DNA of 64,000 bases from Podarcis cretensis (Eukaryota): NCBI GenBank assembly GCA_951804945.1, contig OX638152.1, forward strand, positions 59,892,001-59,956,000. Direction: 5' to 3'. Below are positions 14,036 to 26,914 of this stretch, one piece after another. Position numbers and translations under genes: made by a program. Under the pieces are notes generated by a model. It saw nothing but the letters and a program-made list of their open reading frames with translations, did not search any database and was not told the origin of the DNA. The stretch's first letter is position 1; the number at the start of each line of letters is the position of its first letter.

Positions 14036-14038
<3 letters not shown>

Positions 14039-14078
<40 letters not shown>

Positions 14079-14097
14079 TCTCTCTTTCTCTCTCTCT
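14039..14097. repeat. (CT)n tract
   Basis: Direct inspection; slightly interrupted. Confidence 0.9.
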
Positions 14098-14256
14098 GCG
14101 GAAACGCCGCGAGGCCAAGTACCAAAAAGGGCGACGATCGCATGCGGTCTGCTTGAGTCTTGGTACACTTCTCCCGTGTGTGGGGAGGGGGGACCTCGAC
14201 GAGGCGACCTTTTTCCTCAACACCCCCCGCCCCCAGACCTGGCTGGGGTGCGCCTC

Positions 14257-14312
14257 TGTGTGTGTGTGTGTGTGTGTGTGTGTCTGTGTGTCTGTGTGTG
14301 TGTGCGCGCGCG
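14257..14312. repeat. (TG)n(CG)n tract
   Basis: Direct inspection. Confidence 0.9.
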
Positions 14313-17300
14313 TAGGAGAGAGAGCGCGCGTTGGTCCCAGCCTGCCTCTCCTCGGTTGGGATCGTTGCCAGAATGTCTCTCAACCTGAAACGATCCGGGC
14401 TCCGAGGAGGAGGGCGGCGAGGAGGCGAGGGAGATGTTCGCGAGCACAGCGGTCACCGCCTGAATGCGCCTTGGCCGGGTAGAGGCGGGACGCGGAGGCG
14501 TCGGGTGGGGGGAGTGCTCCGAGGGGCGGGTGTGTTGCGCGGGTTTGTTGAAGTTTGCAGGGTTGTGAAGAGGGGCGCGAGGTGGGGGGGGGGGGGAGCG
14601 AGCGAGCGACGAGGAAAGGGGAAGCTGCCGGTCGTGCTCTGTCTGCTCCAGCAGGAAGGAGGTGGCGGGCGGAGGGGGATCGAGAGAAGAGGCTTCCCGG
14701 CGTCTCGCTCCTCTTTTATCTTTCGGATTTGGAAAGGGCTATAAAAGCCCCACCTCTGGCAGCCGCCACTTCTGGGCTCCCAGGGGGAAAGGGGAGAGTG
14801 GGTGGAGGGGAAAGGAGCGTTTTTGGAGAGCTGCTTGGCTCTCCTTTTGGCCCACCGGCAGCGAAGTTCAAAGATGAGTACCGGGAAGAGACAGCCAACG
14901 TGATTGAGGTAAAAAGAGGCTCTCGCTTTCGGTGCGTATTTGTTGCTTTTCTAAACGCTCTTGGAAAGAGACTGCGGAGGCTGTGGGAGCTTTTTTTCCC
15001 GGTTGTTTTCGAGGCCACTTTTTTGAGGGGGGTGTCGGAGTCGGCTGGGCGGGTTGTGGGGGGGGGGGAGGGAGAATAAACGAGAAGGTTCGGGGGCGGC
15101 GGAGAGGCGATGTTCTAGAGCTGGTGGTTCCAGTTCAAAGACTTTGTGTTGCTAGTCTGGGGAGGGGGTGGGAAGAGGTCCAGAGCCGCCGTTAGGAATT
15201 TCGGGCGTCCTTTGCACCTTTCATTTCTGGCTCCGGGGAGGTTGAGAACTTGCCTCCCAGGAGCGGATGGTGGAGGCTGTTGGCTGGAAAACCCTAGCCA
15301 ACTCCGGGGTTGCTTGCGCTCGGCATCTGAGGCACGTAGCTTGTTTGTTGCGAAGCCAGTCCGGGGGCGATCTCTAGCTTTGCGAAGCCTTCGCCTTTCG
15401 TTTCTGCCTCGCCGGCTGCGTCTCAGATTCAGAAAAGCGAGGTATGTGGGTGGAAGGAAGCGGTGGGGGGGGGGAAGGGCGGAGAGAGAGAGTGGAGGGA
15501 AGCGTAGATCGGAAAACCCCAAAACCCCTTGAATCAGAAGCTGCGAGGGAAATACGTGCTGGTGTTTTAATGGCAATCGCCTCGGAGCTTGTTTCTGTAT
15601 TTAATCCTCCCGAGCAATTCCCGCCTCGGCTCTCCATCTGCTCGGTGGAAGCCCCGCAGCTTCGCGTTCGCCTCCCTTGGCAAAAGGGCGGTCTGCGCTA
15701 GTTCTGGTCGCGCGGGCTGGATCTGTCAAGCTTTTGTAAACTTTTCCATGAGGCCTAGGCCAAAGGGCTCCTTAGACGGGCCCCACGAAGACTATCTGCC
15801 AGCAGAGATAAGGAGAGCGAGACTTCTCCCCTCCCGCATTGTAAGGGGAGTAAAGCGAAGCGCCCTTGCAAGATCGCCCTGGGACCTTGGAGACAGAGCC
15901 CCGAGGCCAAACTAAGTTGTCCCCGGGGAGTGGGGGTGGTGTCTACATTCAGCATTGCCGAAGTGGATCGGCTCCCACTCCCCGCCCCCCCCCCCCGCCA
16001 TATTTGCATGCTGTTAATCTTGGGAGTCCCGCTCCTGGAGGCGGCTGCTTCCAGCTTTGCGCTCTCGTTCTCTCTTACGCGCGCACACACACACACAGTT
16101 CCGTCTAGGCAATGTTGGTGCTGGCAGACATGCCTGCGGGATGCGGTGCCCTCGCTATAGGGCCTGGTGGTTATAAGAGCTCCCGTCCCTTGCCTTGTGC
16201 TCCCATAATTGAGGCCAGTGGGACTGCTCTGGAGTAAAGCAGGCCAGGAGGACTGGGCTCAATTAAGGTTTTGTCTTTTTGTTTGTTTCCTCTATCAGCC
16301 TTGTGGGGGTGTTATGTAGGTGTTTTAAGTGGCAGCTGGTGGGTTTTGTCTTTTTGCGAACAAGACAACCTTAATGGATTTTCGGCGGACCGTAAAAAGC
16401 AGGACTTGGAATTTCCTCCCCGCCCTCCATCCCGCAAGGTTTGCCACAGTAGACGAGATCTTTGAATTGGTGACTGGGAGTTAATTAGGAAGTATCCTCT
16501 GGATCAATGAGTCGCATATCCCGTTAGCTATTTCCCAGCTCTTTGCAGAATCGGCCTTTCCATCTACTAAGCCGGAAACTGCCTCGTTTTCGAGCTGGGG
16601 TCAGATAGAGTCAAGGAGTTTTTGGACAAGCAAAGAAGAGTGGAATCTGGGAACCAGCCCTTCCGACGCAAAGATTAAGTTCTCCCCTCTCTGGAAGGCC
16701 TGGAATCTCGCCTCTCCCCCTCTTTCCCCACGCTTTCTCCGAGGGGAGCCCAGGCCCTTCGCCCAGGGCAACTGCGGGACACGAAACGTGCCGCGCGCAT
16801 TTAGCGTGCGCTAAACAGGGACAGACAAAACCCCGTTTGTCAGCCATGAGGGTGGGCTGTTTCAGGGGTCTCTGCATACCCACCAGCTGTTGGTACTGCG
16901 GATGATGGTTTTTTATTACCCCATTTCATCTCGAAGGTGAGGTGCGGGGCTGCTGGAGGAGGAGAGAAAAGGGAAGGCGGCTTTTTTCTCTCCCCCCCCC
17001 CCACCGGTATTGTTTCGCTCGCCTGTGATAGATCGGTCTAGACAGCCGTCCAAGCTCCCTGCGAGCGGAAGAACCGGAGCCTGAAAGGGAGAGTGGGGGA
17101 GTCGCAAAGGAAAAGGTCACCGCGAGATTCGGTGCGTGTGGATGTGTGTGTTAACCCTTCAGGAGTCAGAAACCGAGGTAGATTTTTCCGCGTGAAGGGT
17201 TGAGGCTGGCAGTTGCAGAAATCTTCTGTCTCCAGGGGGAGGGGAAGTTGGGAGAGACCGAGGCGCGATCCCTCAGGCTGCTCTCGATGCTCCGTGAAGA

Positions 17301-19577
17301 TCACTTTCCCACCATCAGGAACCTCCTTTTCTAGCCGAGTGCCAGATTCTTCCGTTCCCAGAAGTTTCGTCGTTTGGGAACTCCGCTGAGCGCGCTTAAC
17401 CCCGTGTCCTGTTGGGGCAGAGCCAGGCAAGCACAGAGAAGCACAAGGCGAGCCAGGCGTGGTGGTGGAGGAGGAAGAAGAAGGGGTGGGGGTCGAGCTG
17501 GAGCAGGAGATCCACTCAGCGCTCTCTTCTCCATTCTGGGGAGGGAGGAGGAGGGAGGGATAGCTCACAAGGACAAAGCCAGAGCGGAGAATTCGGAGCC
17601 ACTCCGGCCAAAGACCTCCAGGCGAACAACCTCAGGAGCAGAACCCAGCTCTCCCTTGCTTAGAAATGGGGAGTGGGTGGTGTGGGTGCTTTGTTTTTTG
17701 AGTGCCCAGTAGGGACTGACTTTGTTCCATACGACGGGGCTGGGCGAGCCTCACCTGTGTTTGGTGGAGAGAGCCGGGGCAAAACTTACCTGCGGCTGCC
17801 TTGAGACACATTAGACTTGACAGAAGCAAACGGGGGCTCTGGCTCTCTGTGCGCGCTTCTGTTTGGGGTCTCCTTTCTGTGAGAAGGGCTGGTGGGTGGG
17901 AGGGGAAGAGCAAAGCCCTTCTGCGGAATATAAGCGCGCCTGCCTTCGGAGCTCCCCTCCCCCCCTTCCCACAGACATCGGCTGCCCCCGAATGAGGTTC
18001 TCTGGCCCTTTATCACCCCTGGAGGAAAGCTGCTTTGCGTTGGATTTGCCCGCGACGCGGCTCAGTTCTTTCCCTCTTTGTCTGGAGCCCTGGCTCGCAG
18101 CGCTCCAGCCCTCGCTGGAAAGCTTCCCGACGAGGAGTCCGCGCAGAGCCAAGCAGGCAGCTCGACAGTTCTTTGCACGTCACATCTAAATACATCGGTA
18201 ATTAGATGGAAGCACCGCCGGAAATGATAGATTGGCTGCATAGCTAATAGGGACGAGGACAAATAAAGCTACAGCGTCTCTCCCCCCCCCTCCTCCCCTC
18301 TCCCCTCTTCTCGCTTGCTCCCTCCCTCCCTCGGATAAGTGGGCCCCTGGAAATCAAGCCCACGATCTGGAGCGAGAACTGAAATTACACGTCGTCCGTT
18401 TTAGGGCTGTAATCAACCACGCAGATGAGAGTCTCGGTTGCTCCCCTGCTGCCTGCAAGCAGTTCTTCTTGAACGTGTTTGCTGCATGATTGTGGGAGGA
18501 GGGAACTCGGAGTCTTTTTAAACCCCTCTGGGTGTCTGCTAGCTAAATATATACACCTAGGAGAGCGAGCGAGCGAGGGATGGGAAGGAGCGGGTGTGGG
18601 GGGTGTGAGAATCCGATCATCTAATCAAGCCTCAGTCCCTGCGGCTGCATTTCCCACACCCTTGCGCTTAAGCCGGTTAAGCTCCCTTTGCGACGTTAAT
18701 GGGCCTCGCTACACAGACGTAATTTAAGCGCCTCCTGGATCGCAGGCACAGGAAGCCTTTCCAGGGAGTCGTAAACTGCGGAGCAGCTAGCGCCTGGATT
18801 ATAAAGATAGTAGATGGAAGCAAACCCCGTCCATTTCAGGGCCTCGGGTTGTGCCTATGGAAGTTTTCTCTCCTGGAAATCTGATGGCTTCCTCACTTCT
18901 CTTTCTGTTTAGGATCTAAGGGCTAACCTGCTGTGGGCAGTCCAACGTGGCGCTGCTTCGAACTACTTGCTTTGGGAGCATCTCGCTCCCCCTTTCCCAG
19001 CCTAGCCTTTTCCCTCTAATGGGATTTCCCGCCCCCCCCTTTATTTCAGTGTTTTCCACAGCGCTTCGCATGCCCTTGGCTCTAAATAACTCTAGCAGCT
19101 GCAGAAATACTGAAGGAGCAGCGAGCAATCTCTGGCTTTACTGTAGGTGTTTAGGGGCTCAGGGCATGGGGCTTAGAGTCCCGCTACATCTCTCTCTTCC
19201 CCCCACCTTCATCCGGCCAGTTTGCACTTCTAATTTAAAAGTCCCTGTTGCAATCGCCCCAGGCTTCCTACAGCGTTCTGTAAACAGGAGGGTTGAAAAG
19301 GGAGCTCCCCACAGACGCTATGACGCAGGGCGTATTTTTTTTGATGGTGTGTCTAACTTCAGGAACAAGAGAGCAAGGCCCATTTTCAAGGCCAGCCAAC
19401 GCCTGTTTTCTGTTGTGGCCAGTCAAAAGACCCCCGGCTTCAAAACACATTTGGTTTAGCGGCTGGAGTGTCCCGTGTAAATTTGGAAAATTCATTTCTC
19501 CAGTTTAGTCTTGACGGGGCACCCTCCGCCTCTGTATACGGTTATCTGCGTGATGAGGAGAAGGTGATATCAGCATA

Positions 19578-19786
19578 CAGTAGTACCTCGGGTTACATAC
19601 GCTTCAGGTTACAGACTCCGCTAACCCAGAAATATTACCTCGGGTTAAGAACTTTGCTTCAGGATGAAAACAGAAATCGTGCAGCGGCGGCGCAGCGGCA
19701 GCAGGAGGCCCCATTAGCTAAAGTGGTGCTTCAGGTTAAGAACAGACCTCCAGAACGAATTAAGTTCTTAACCTGAGGTACCACTG
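19578..19786. mobile_element. Tc1/mariner (pogo/Tigger-like) MITE, family A
   Basis: TIRs CAGTAGTACCTC / GAGGTACCACTG, TA on both flanks, internal GGTTAAGAAC repeats. Confidence 0.88.
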
Positions 19787-20004
19787 TAGTAGTTTAGCTA
19801 TTCGCTCCTTGGAGGGAGGGTGAGAAACCCAAAAGACCCTATATAGCAAGACCTCATTCCTAAAGTGTCCTGTGCATTTTATCAGAGGCAACTTGCGCAG
19901 CCATTTTGAACCCTCAAGAGTGCTTTAAGCACATCCTCAGTATTCCTTAATAACACCTCTGTAATGTAGGCTAGTGTTGTGTTTGGCTTGCCCAAGGTCA
20001 CCTA

Positions 20005-20170
20005 GGCTGCCTACACAACATACATTTAAGGCACGCACCTCCAAGAACCCTGAGAACTGTGGTTTGTTAAAACTGCTGAGAATTGTAGCTCTGAGAGGGT
20101 AAATTACAGTTCCCAGGATACTTGGGAGTGGGTGCTTCATATGTGCTTTAAAGGCATGATATGCGTAGTA
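20005..20170. mobile_element. Palindromic MITE-like repeat (related partial copy ~7228-7345)
   Basis: TACATTTAAGGCAC...AACTGTGGTTT...AAATTACAGTTC...GTGCTTTAAAGGCA inverted arms. Confidence 0.55.
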
Positions 20171-20468
20171 GTGACTTCCTACTAGGTGAGCTGAGATTTG
20201 AGCAGGATATTTCCAACCTGACACTCCTTTCTACACAACACCACCTCTCCACCGGAAGATACCTCTCTGATAAAGGCTTTAATGGTCAGCTGGGGCAAAG
20301 GCATTTAGTTATAGCTGAGTTGGGGACTAGGCTGGAGACAACCCTCCTTCTTAAAATAAGCCCTCTGGGTTTTTTTTTAATGGTCTGGCTTTTGCTGTGG
20401 GTTGGAAGGTGTTAACCGAATGTAGAAATGAACTGAAGCATTTTAGAAGCCCCCTTGGAATTAGGCCC

Positions 20469-20473
20469 CTATC

Positions 20474-20531
<58 letters not shown>

Positions 20532-20538
20532 ATCTATC
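20469..20538. repeat. (TCTA)n / GATA microsatellite
   Basis: Direct inspection. Confidence 0.95.
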
Positions 20539-20579
20539 AATCCTGTACAGCAGGCTTGCTTGTCCCGGCTTCTGTTCAG

Positions 20580-22520
20580 CGGCTGCTTGCTTGGTTTACA
20601 TACCAGGCGTCGCGGCGCAACGCACCATCTCGCATTTAGCCCTCCATTTCCAGGGAGGCCTCACAAACAGCCATGCAACACGATCGGCACCGCAGCCTCC
20701 GGTGCTTTCGCCTGCTGGGCTTGCTTGTTAAAAATAAATGCTAGTGGTAGCGAGGGTGGGAGAGAGAAGGTGGGGAGGAGGGGAGGCGGCGGGTGGGTGC
20801 GTATGTTCCTCCTCTTCCTTCCTCTCCGCGCAATGTTGCACTAGCCAGTTAAATAGATCAAGCAGATTCTTTCCAGAGAGCCAGACTAACGTCGTTCTCT
20901 CTCTCTCTCGTGTGTGTGTGTGTGTGTACTACATCCGAAGGAGGTGGGGTGGGAGGGAGGAAGAACGCTAGAGCCCTCCCTGACTCGAGTGTGGAGCGGA
21001 GGCCTCGTTTGCAGACAGGGGGAGTTCCCATTTCCGCGAGCAGCGCTGGCTGCGTTTAATCCTTGTGTGTCCTTTCCCCCAAGCCGGGCTGATAAACGAG
21101 AATTACGCTGAAGCGACCTCCCTTTTCCTCGGCCCTGTTCAACTGTCGGGCCCTGATTCGCAAGCAAGCGAGCGAGCAAGCAGCCGGGGCGTGCTTTCCT
21201 GGCAAAAGTTAACGAATGTTTCACAAGGGCTCCTCTGGCGCGCGCTTTGACTCTTCCTTAATGGATGAGCTGACTTTCGGGCAGAAAGCAAGGAGGCCAC
21301 CAAGTCGAAAGGAGCGAGCAGCACCCCCCCCCCATCCACACCGCGTAGAAAATCATCTTGTCCTCTTGAAGCGTCTTCGTTTTCCTTATTTGCTAGGGAA
21401 CCAAAGTACTTTGCAGCTTAGGCAACACACACGGCTAAACTAAAATTCCTGATCACTTGAGAAACCTATGCACGCGGTTCTTGCCTCGTGGTTACCTGTC
21501 AAAGATTAGAAAGCTAGGGCAGAAAAGCGGTGATGGCTGCAGCAGCAGCTCATTTCCTCGCCCTTCCGCTTGCATTTAAATTATGCACACACACCTGGCC
21601 CATTTAATCCGCTGCGGTGCTGTGAGGAGGGCAGGTAGGAGGAAGCCCGCGTGGAAGACGATCCTTTGGCTGCATGAAATATAATTTCGTGATCTGCAAG
21701 ACACTTTCCAGTATAATCTCATTATGCACCACAGGCTCCCGGTGTTATTTTGTAGGAGGCGGACAATGATCAATTTACATTGACCTGGGGCTGGGCAAGC
21801 TTTTAGATGGTAATTGCCATATTGATTTGCATGAGAGGGAGAGAAGGGGGTGGGGAAGGGGAAGACTGGCTAAAATTAAACACCGGAAGCTAAATTAAAC
21901 TAAATTTAATGTCTAGGCACAAACGTAAAAGACCTGCTAAACTCCTGGGTTCTTAGCTAGGCGTCTATTTTTAGAACTGTGGAACTTGGAGGAAGAGGGA
22001 GGTGGCTTGGGCCGCTTTGGACGTTATCCGGCTCTGCTCCAGAGAGCGAGAGTGGGAATCCTGAGCGATCCCGCCGTGGAAACCCGCGCGAGTCCCTTGG
22101 AAGAGTTCCGACCCTTGATGGAATTTCGGCCGTGTCCTCTCATACGTTATTAAGTAAAAAAGAATATATTGGATCGCGAGTGAGCCTTGTCTTCCAGAAG
22201 GCAAGGACAAGGTTTTAATTTGATCATAAGGCAATTAGAGGAGAAAAATACAGAATCCGGCAGCAGTCGCTTCCCTGGAAACTGGCTGTGCGGAGAGTTG
22301 AGTGTAGTCAGCGAACCGTTAGGAAAGGGGGTGGGTGACTGTTCCGCTCTGCGGCACATCTCCTTAGAGGAAAGCATTCCGTGCACTTTGTATCGCCTTA
22401 ATTTAGTAGCAGCAGGAGAGCTGGGCGGGGGAGGGGAGGCACCCCACTTCCTCCCAAAGTGCGCTGCAGCCGCTCTCTGGAACACGCGTGCAAAAGAAGC
22501 CACGAAACAGCGTTGACCAT
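20580..22520. promoter_or_regulatory. CpG island in intron 1
   Basis: CpG-rich; encloses a homeobox/octamer-motif-rich block. Confidence 0.6.
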
Positions 22521-24554
22521 TTATATTGGGGACACTTCTCTTCGCAAATGTTCTCTGTGCAGTTGGATCCTATGCAAGCTTGTTCATTGGGGTGTGTGTG
22601 GGTTCATTCAAATAAGTATGGATAGGATTGCAGCTTTGACCTGCTTTACTTAGTGTCTAAAGCTACAGTCCCGTGCACGTTTTTCTGGGAGTAAGCTTTA
22701 ATTAAGGCGATGAGACTAGCTTCTCAGTTACCTTGCAATTTAAGCACATTTAACTTGTGGGCATTAAGATTAGCCAAAAATCTGAGGTGGGTGTGTGGGA
22801 ATTAAAAGGGGGTGGAAAGAGTGCCTGTGTCTGGACAGAAACACTTTGGCGATCCCATCCACCATTGCACCCTATATGTTTTGACTATATGCGATTTTAG
22901 CTTTAGGCGGGATCCTTGAGCATAATGCCTGACTACCTAAACTGAGACAAACAAAAACAGAACAAAAAACCTGGCCACTTCTCTAACACCTAAATCCGAA
23001 ACAAATTAGTTGGAAGGAAGGCCTGCTAAAATAACTGGGGCTTCCATCCAAGTTTTTAGGGCTGATGTCTTAAACCTCAGTGCTTTTATTTGTGTGCTGT
23101 TGTTTTTTAACTTGAAAGCATTCTGCTATTAGTCAGTCCGGGGGCTACGGCAGCCCGGAAAGATCCTGTTTTACTCAGAAGCTAGGCCCACTTTGCTCAG
23201 TTAAGCCTTCTCCTTAAAGAAGTGCGCAAAGGACTGCAACTTCAGATTCCTAAAAATGCACAAACTGGGATACTTGTCAGACTTCAGGAACAGAATACTC
23301 TGCTGCTATTTCTTTTGTTTAAGAAGAGAGAGCATGCCGACTTAATGTTTCTTTTGAAGGGTACAGCTCTAGCGATCAGGAATAAAATCAGTTTCCCACA
23401 TCTGAACAAAATTGCAGTTGTGGCTGCCCTTAGGATGGGAGGCACTTGAAAAGTGAAGGAAAGTGAATTGGTAGAGTTCAGGCTATATTTACTTTGTGCT
23501 TGTTTTGGTGGGGGGGGGGGAGAAGTAAGCGGATGTTGTCTATTTTTGCACTGCAAGGTTGTGCTTTCCATCAAGGAAGTGAATTGTAGGCTTAGATGAA
23601 GACAATCTTGCTTAGGCTTTTCAGAAGACTTCAATGGTGTTATTAAATGCAGGAGGGGGTGCAGGCTTAGAGAAGCAAACTTGCTTGCTTGGAAGTAGGT
23701 CATATCCGCCATCCTATGCACACTTCCTTGGAAGTAGTTTCCATTAAAATCCTTGGGGCTTTCTTCAGAGTAAATATTTAGGATGGATTGAAACTACCCA
23801 AGCATTAAACAAACAAACAAACAAACAAAAACAGGGTAGCTTATAATAATTCCCTGCATAAATTCAACCAGGGATATCTAAGCCACATTAAACCCACATT
23901 CATAGAAAGTGAGATTTGGAGCCCAGATTATTGACAGGGATTGACAGATTCCTGGGGGCTTGTAATGGCCCTATTTGATGGGGCACTATATTTGGGGCTG
24001 TGCTGGTTTCAGTTCTGATGTCTATATATATAGATCTGAGCATGCACAGCAGCCTATAATAAGACCTTAAGAAGTGCAGTGCTGGACCAGACTGGGGGTG
24101 GGGGGAGATGCGTTTAGTCCGGCATTCTCTTTCAACAGTAGCCAGACTGATGCCCCTGGGAAATCTACAAGCAGGGTGGGAAGGCAACACAGCTGTCCCC
24201 AGACTCTGGTATTTATGTAATAATAATATTTTTTTAATATATGTGGCCTGCTCCGCATTGACAAACAAACCCAGTGTGAGATACAATTAATAATATATAA
24301 AAATTGCAGTATTCCATAAGACAAAAAGGGGAGCAGATAATAAATCAACACAACCAGCAGCTCGGCACAAATGATAGCATAGAAGGAGTCTTACTGGCAC
24401 TAATACCCACAAATGCCTGGGTGAAAAAGTAGGTCTCCAGCTGGCAGCAGAAAATATTCTGGTACATTGGCCTTTGAAAATGGGGGTTCCATTTAGCTAT
24501 CATGTGATGGAGCTGTGATATCATCTTTATGCATTTATTTAACACATTAAAAGC

Positions 24555-25918
24555 CATCCTATTTAGTGGCATTACCACATCCTGTGACAGTGAGTTCCAT
24601 AAATTTACTTTTGTACAGTATTTACTTTTGTCAGGTCTGAATTGACTTCTGATTCATTTCATTGGGCAATCTTAAATTCTAGTATTTTGAGAGTGGAGAA
24701 ACTTTTGTTTAAAAAACATACATCCTCTTCAAACTATTCACAACTTTAAAAGTCTTTATCCTGGTAAGGAATTTGTCCCCCTTCTGTGTACCTTTTCCAA
24801 TTCTATAGTTCCTTATTTAGAGGGGGCAATAGAATTGCATGCAGTGCTCCAAAGGTGGCCACACCATAAATATCCATAAAGGCTGAAAGGCTTATACTTC
24901 TAGCCCTGTTTGTTCGGCACGCTTGCATGTAAACAGTGATGTAGAGGCTGGTGTGTCACCTCAGCCTATTCACAGCCCTCAACAAACTTGAAGGCAAAAG
25001 TCTGAAGCAGGGAGCCTCACCTATCTATTCATGGAGGCTTTGTGTACAGCTCAGAACCCTGCCGTTTCTATCTCATGCTGGGAGCCTTCTTGCATGGAGG
25101 AGGGTTCCCTGCTTTAGACTTTTCCCCTCAAGTCCATGGAGGGCTGCAAAAAAGATAAAGGTGATGTACTGGAGAGGGCAAAGACCTGCAAGCCTGTCTC
25201 TGTTCCTCCTTGTATGATTGTCCAGATATGATTGCAGTGAATACCTAGAGTGGCAAGTTGACTTTGCCTCTTTCAATACAGTGGTACCTCGAGTTACAGA
25301 CACTTCAGGGTACAGACTCCCCTAACCCAGAAATAGTACCATGGGTTAAGAACTTTGCTTCAGGATGAGAACAGAAATTGCGCCGCTGCGGCACAGAGGG
25401 AGGTCCCTATAGCTAAAGTGGTACCTCAGGTTAAGAAAAGTTTCAGGTTAAGAACAAACCTCCAGAACAAATTAAGTTCTTAAGTACCACTGTGCTTCTG
25501 CACACTGACTGAGTTGGGTCCATCTGCCCCCCCCCCACATTGATTTGTCTGCCATGATCCCTGGATCTTTCCTGGTTGGTCACTGCTAGGTCAGCTCCCA
25601 TCATACGAAGTTAGGATTTTGTGCCCCAGTGTGCATCACTTTGCACTTAGATAGAATCTTGTTGGCCATTTGCCCATCTTGGAGTTCTTCATAGTTTACT
25701 TGGGATTTTACCAATCTGAAGGATTTGGATGTTATCCATAAACCTGGCTACCTCGTTACTTGTCCTGGATTTCAGATTGTCTGTGGGGGTGGGGGACAGG
25801 TCTCAAGTCTGATCCTACCTCACTGCTTATTTCTCTCAATTGTAGGAAATTGTTCCTTTATTTGTACCCTCTGCTACTCATACTTTAATCAGTTACCAAT
25901 CCTTAAGAAGACTTGTCT

Positions 25919-25920
<2 letters not shown>
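24555..25920 (-). mobile_element. Old CR1-like LINE remnants interrupted by younger inserts
   Basis: Typical CR1 antisense fragments (AGAATTGCATGCAGTGCTCCAAAGGTGGCC; CCCAGTGTGCATCACTTTGCACTT; TTTAATCAGTTACCAATCC); no intact ORF. Confidence 0.5.
25279..25492. mobile_element. Tc1/mariner MITE, family A
   Basis: TA|CAGTGGTACCTC...GTACCACTG; collinear with the 19578 and 59837 copies. Confidence 0.85.
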
Positions 25921-25924
<4 letters not shown>

Positions 25925-25963
<39 letters not shown>

Positions 25964-26914
25964 CACCCCTACCATCTGCCTGGGTTTCCCCAGCCACTCT
26001 GGGCGGTTTACAACATATCTAAAAACATAATAAAAACATCCTTTAAAACTTCCCTAAACAGGGCTGCCTTCAGATGTATTCTAAAAGTCAGATAGTTGTT
26101 TGTTTCACTGACATCTGAAGGGAAGGTGTTCCATAGGGAGGGAACCACTACTGAGGGCCCCATTACTGAGAAGGCCCTCTGCCTGGTTCCCTGTAATTTC
26201 GCTACTTGCAGTGAGGGCACCAGCAGAAGACCCTCAGAGGAAGACTTCAGTGTCCGGGCTGAGCGATGGGGGCAGAGATGCTCCTTCAGGTATACCGGGC
26301 CAAGGCCGTTTAGGGCTTTAAAGGTCTGCACCAACACTTTGAATTGTGCTCAGAAACATACTGGAAGCCAGTAAAGATCCTTTAGGACCGGTGTTATATG
26401 GTCCCGGTGTCCACTCCCAGTCACCAGTCTAGCTGCCGCATTCTGGATTAGTTGTAGTTTCCGAGTCACCTTCAAAGGTAGCCCCACGTAGAGTGCATTG
26501 CAATAGTCCAAGCGGGAGATAACCAGAGCATGCACCACTCTAGCGAGACAGTCTGCAGGCAGGTAGGGTCTCAGCCTGCGTACCAGATGGAGCTGATAAA
26601 CAGCTGCCCTGGACACAGAATTGACCTGTGCCTCCATGGACAGCTGTGAGTCCAAAATGACTCCCAGGCTGCACACCTGTTCTTTCAGAGGCACAGTTAC
26701 CCTGTTCAGGACGAGGGAGTCCCCCACACCCACCTGCCCCCTGTGCCCCAATAACTTCTGTCTTGTCAGGATTCAGCCTCAATCTGTTAGCCGCCATCCA
26801 CCCACCAACCGCCTCCAGACACTCACACAAGACCTTCACTGCCCTCACTGGTTCTGATTTGAAGGAGAGGTAGAGCTGGGTATCATCTGCATACTGGTGG
26901 ACACCCAGCCCAAA
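25925..26914 (-). mobile_element. 5'-truncated L2-clade LINE (RT C-terminal part, 3'UTR, (TTA)n tail)
   Basis: Minus strand reads GVHQYADDTQLYLSF (YADD at ~26882-26893), WMAANRLRLNPDKTEV, LGVILDSQLSM, SRLDYCNALYVGLP and LQLIQNAAARLVTG, with frameshifts. Ends in a microsatellite tail at 25925-25961. Confidence 0.92.

Larger units (their letters stand above)
13483..14162 (+). promoter_or_regulatory. BCOR: Probable BCOR TSS and non-coding first exon (3' end uncertain)
   Basis: AGACGGAGCCTGCTCTCCCAGCGGCAAGGTGAGG closely resembles the recalled 5' end of human BCOR mRNA (AGACGGAGCCTGGGCTCCCAGCGGCAAGGTGAGG). It is followed by a CA-rich tract and AACATGGCGCTG, as in human, and sits in a CpG island after a purine/GGA-rich proximal promoter. 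Donor unclear: TTG|GTACAC at 14162 or GAG|GTAAAA at 14908. Confidence 0.65.
10960..18800. promoter_or_regulatory. Large CpG island containing the putative BCOR promoter
   Basis: Dense CpG/GC sequence with GC boxes and GGA/GCC/GCT runs; few repeats in the core. Boundaries estimated by eye. Confidence 0.85.

Noticed and set aside
11600-15600. Many overlapping 130-280 aa ORFs on both strands
   Set aside because: Low-complexity Arg/Gly/Pro/Ala products typical of stop-poor CpG islands; no recognisable domains.
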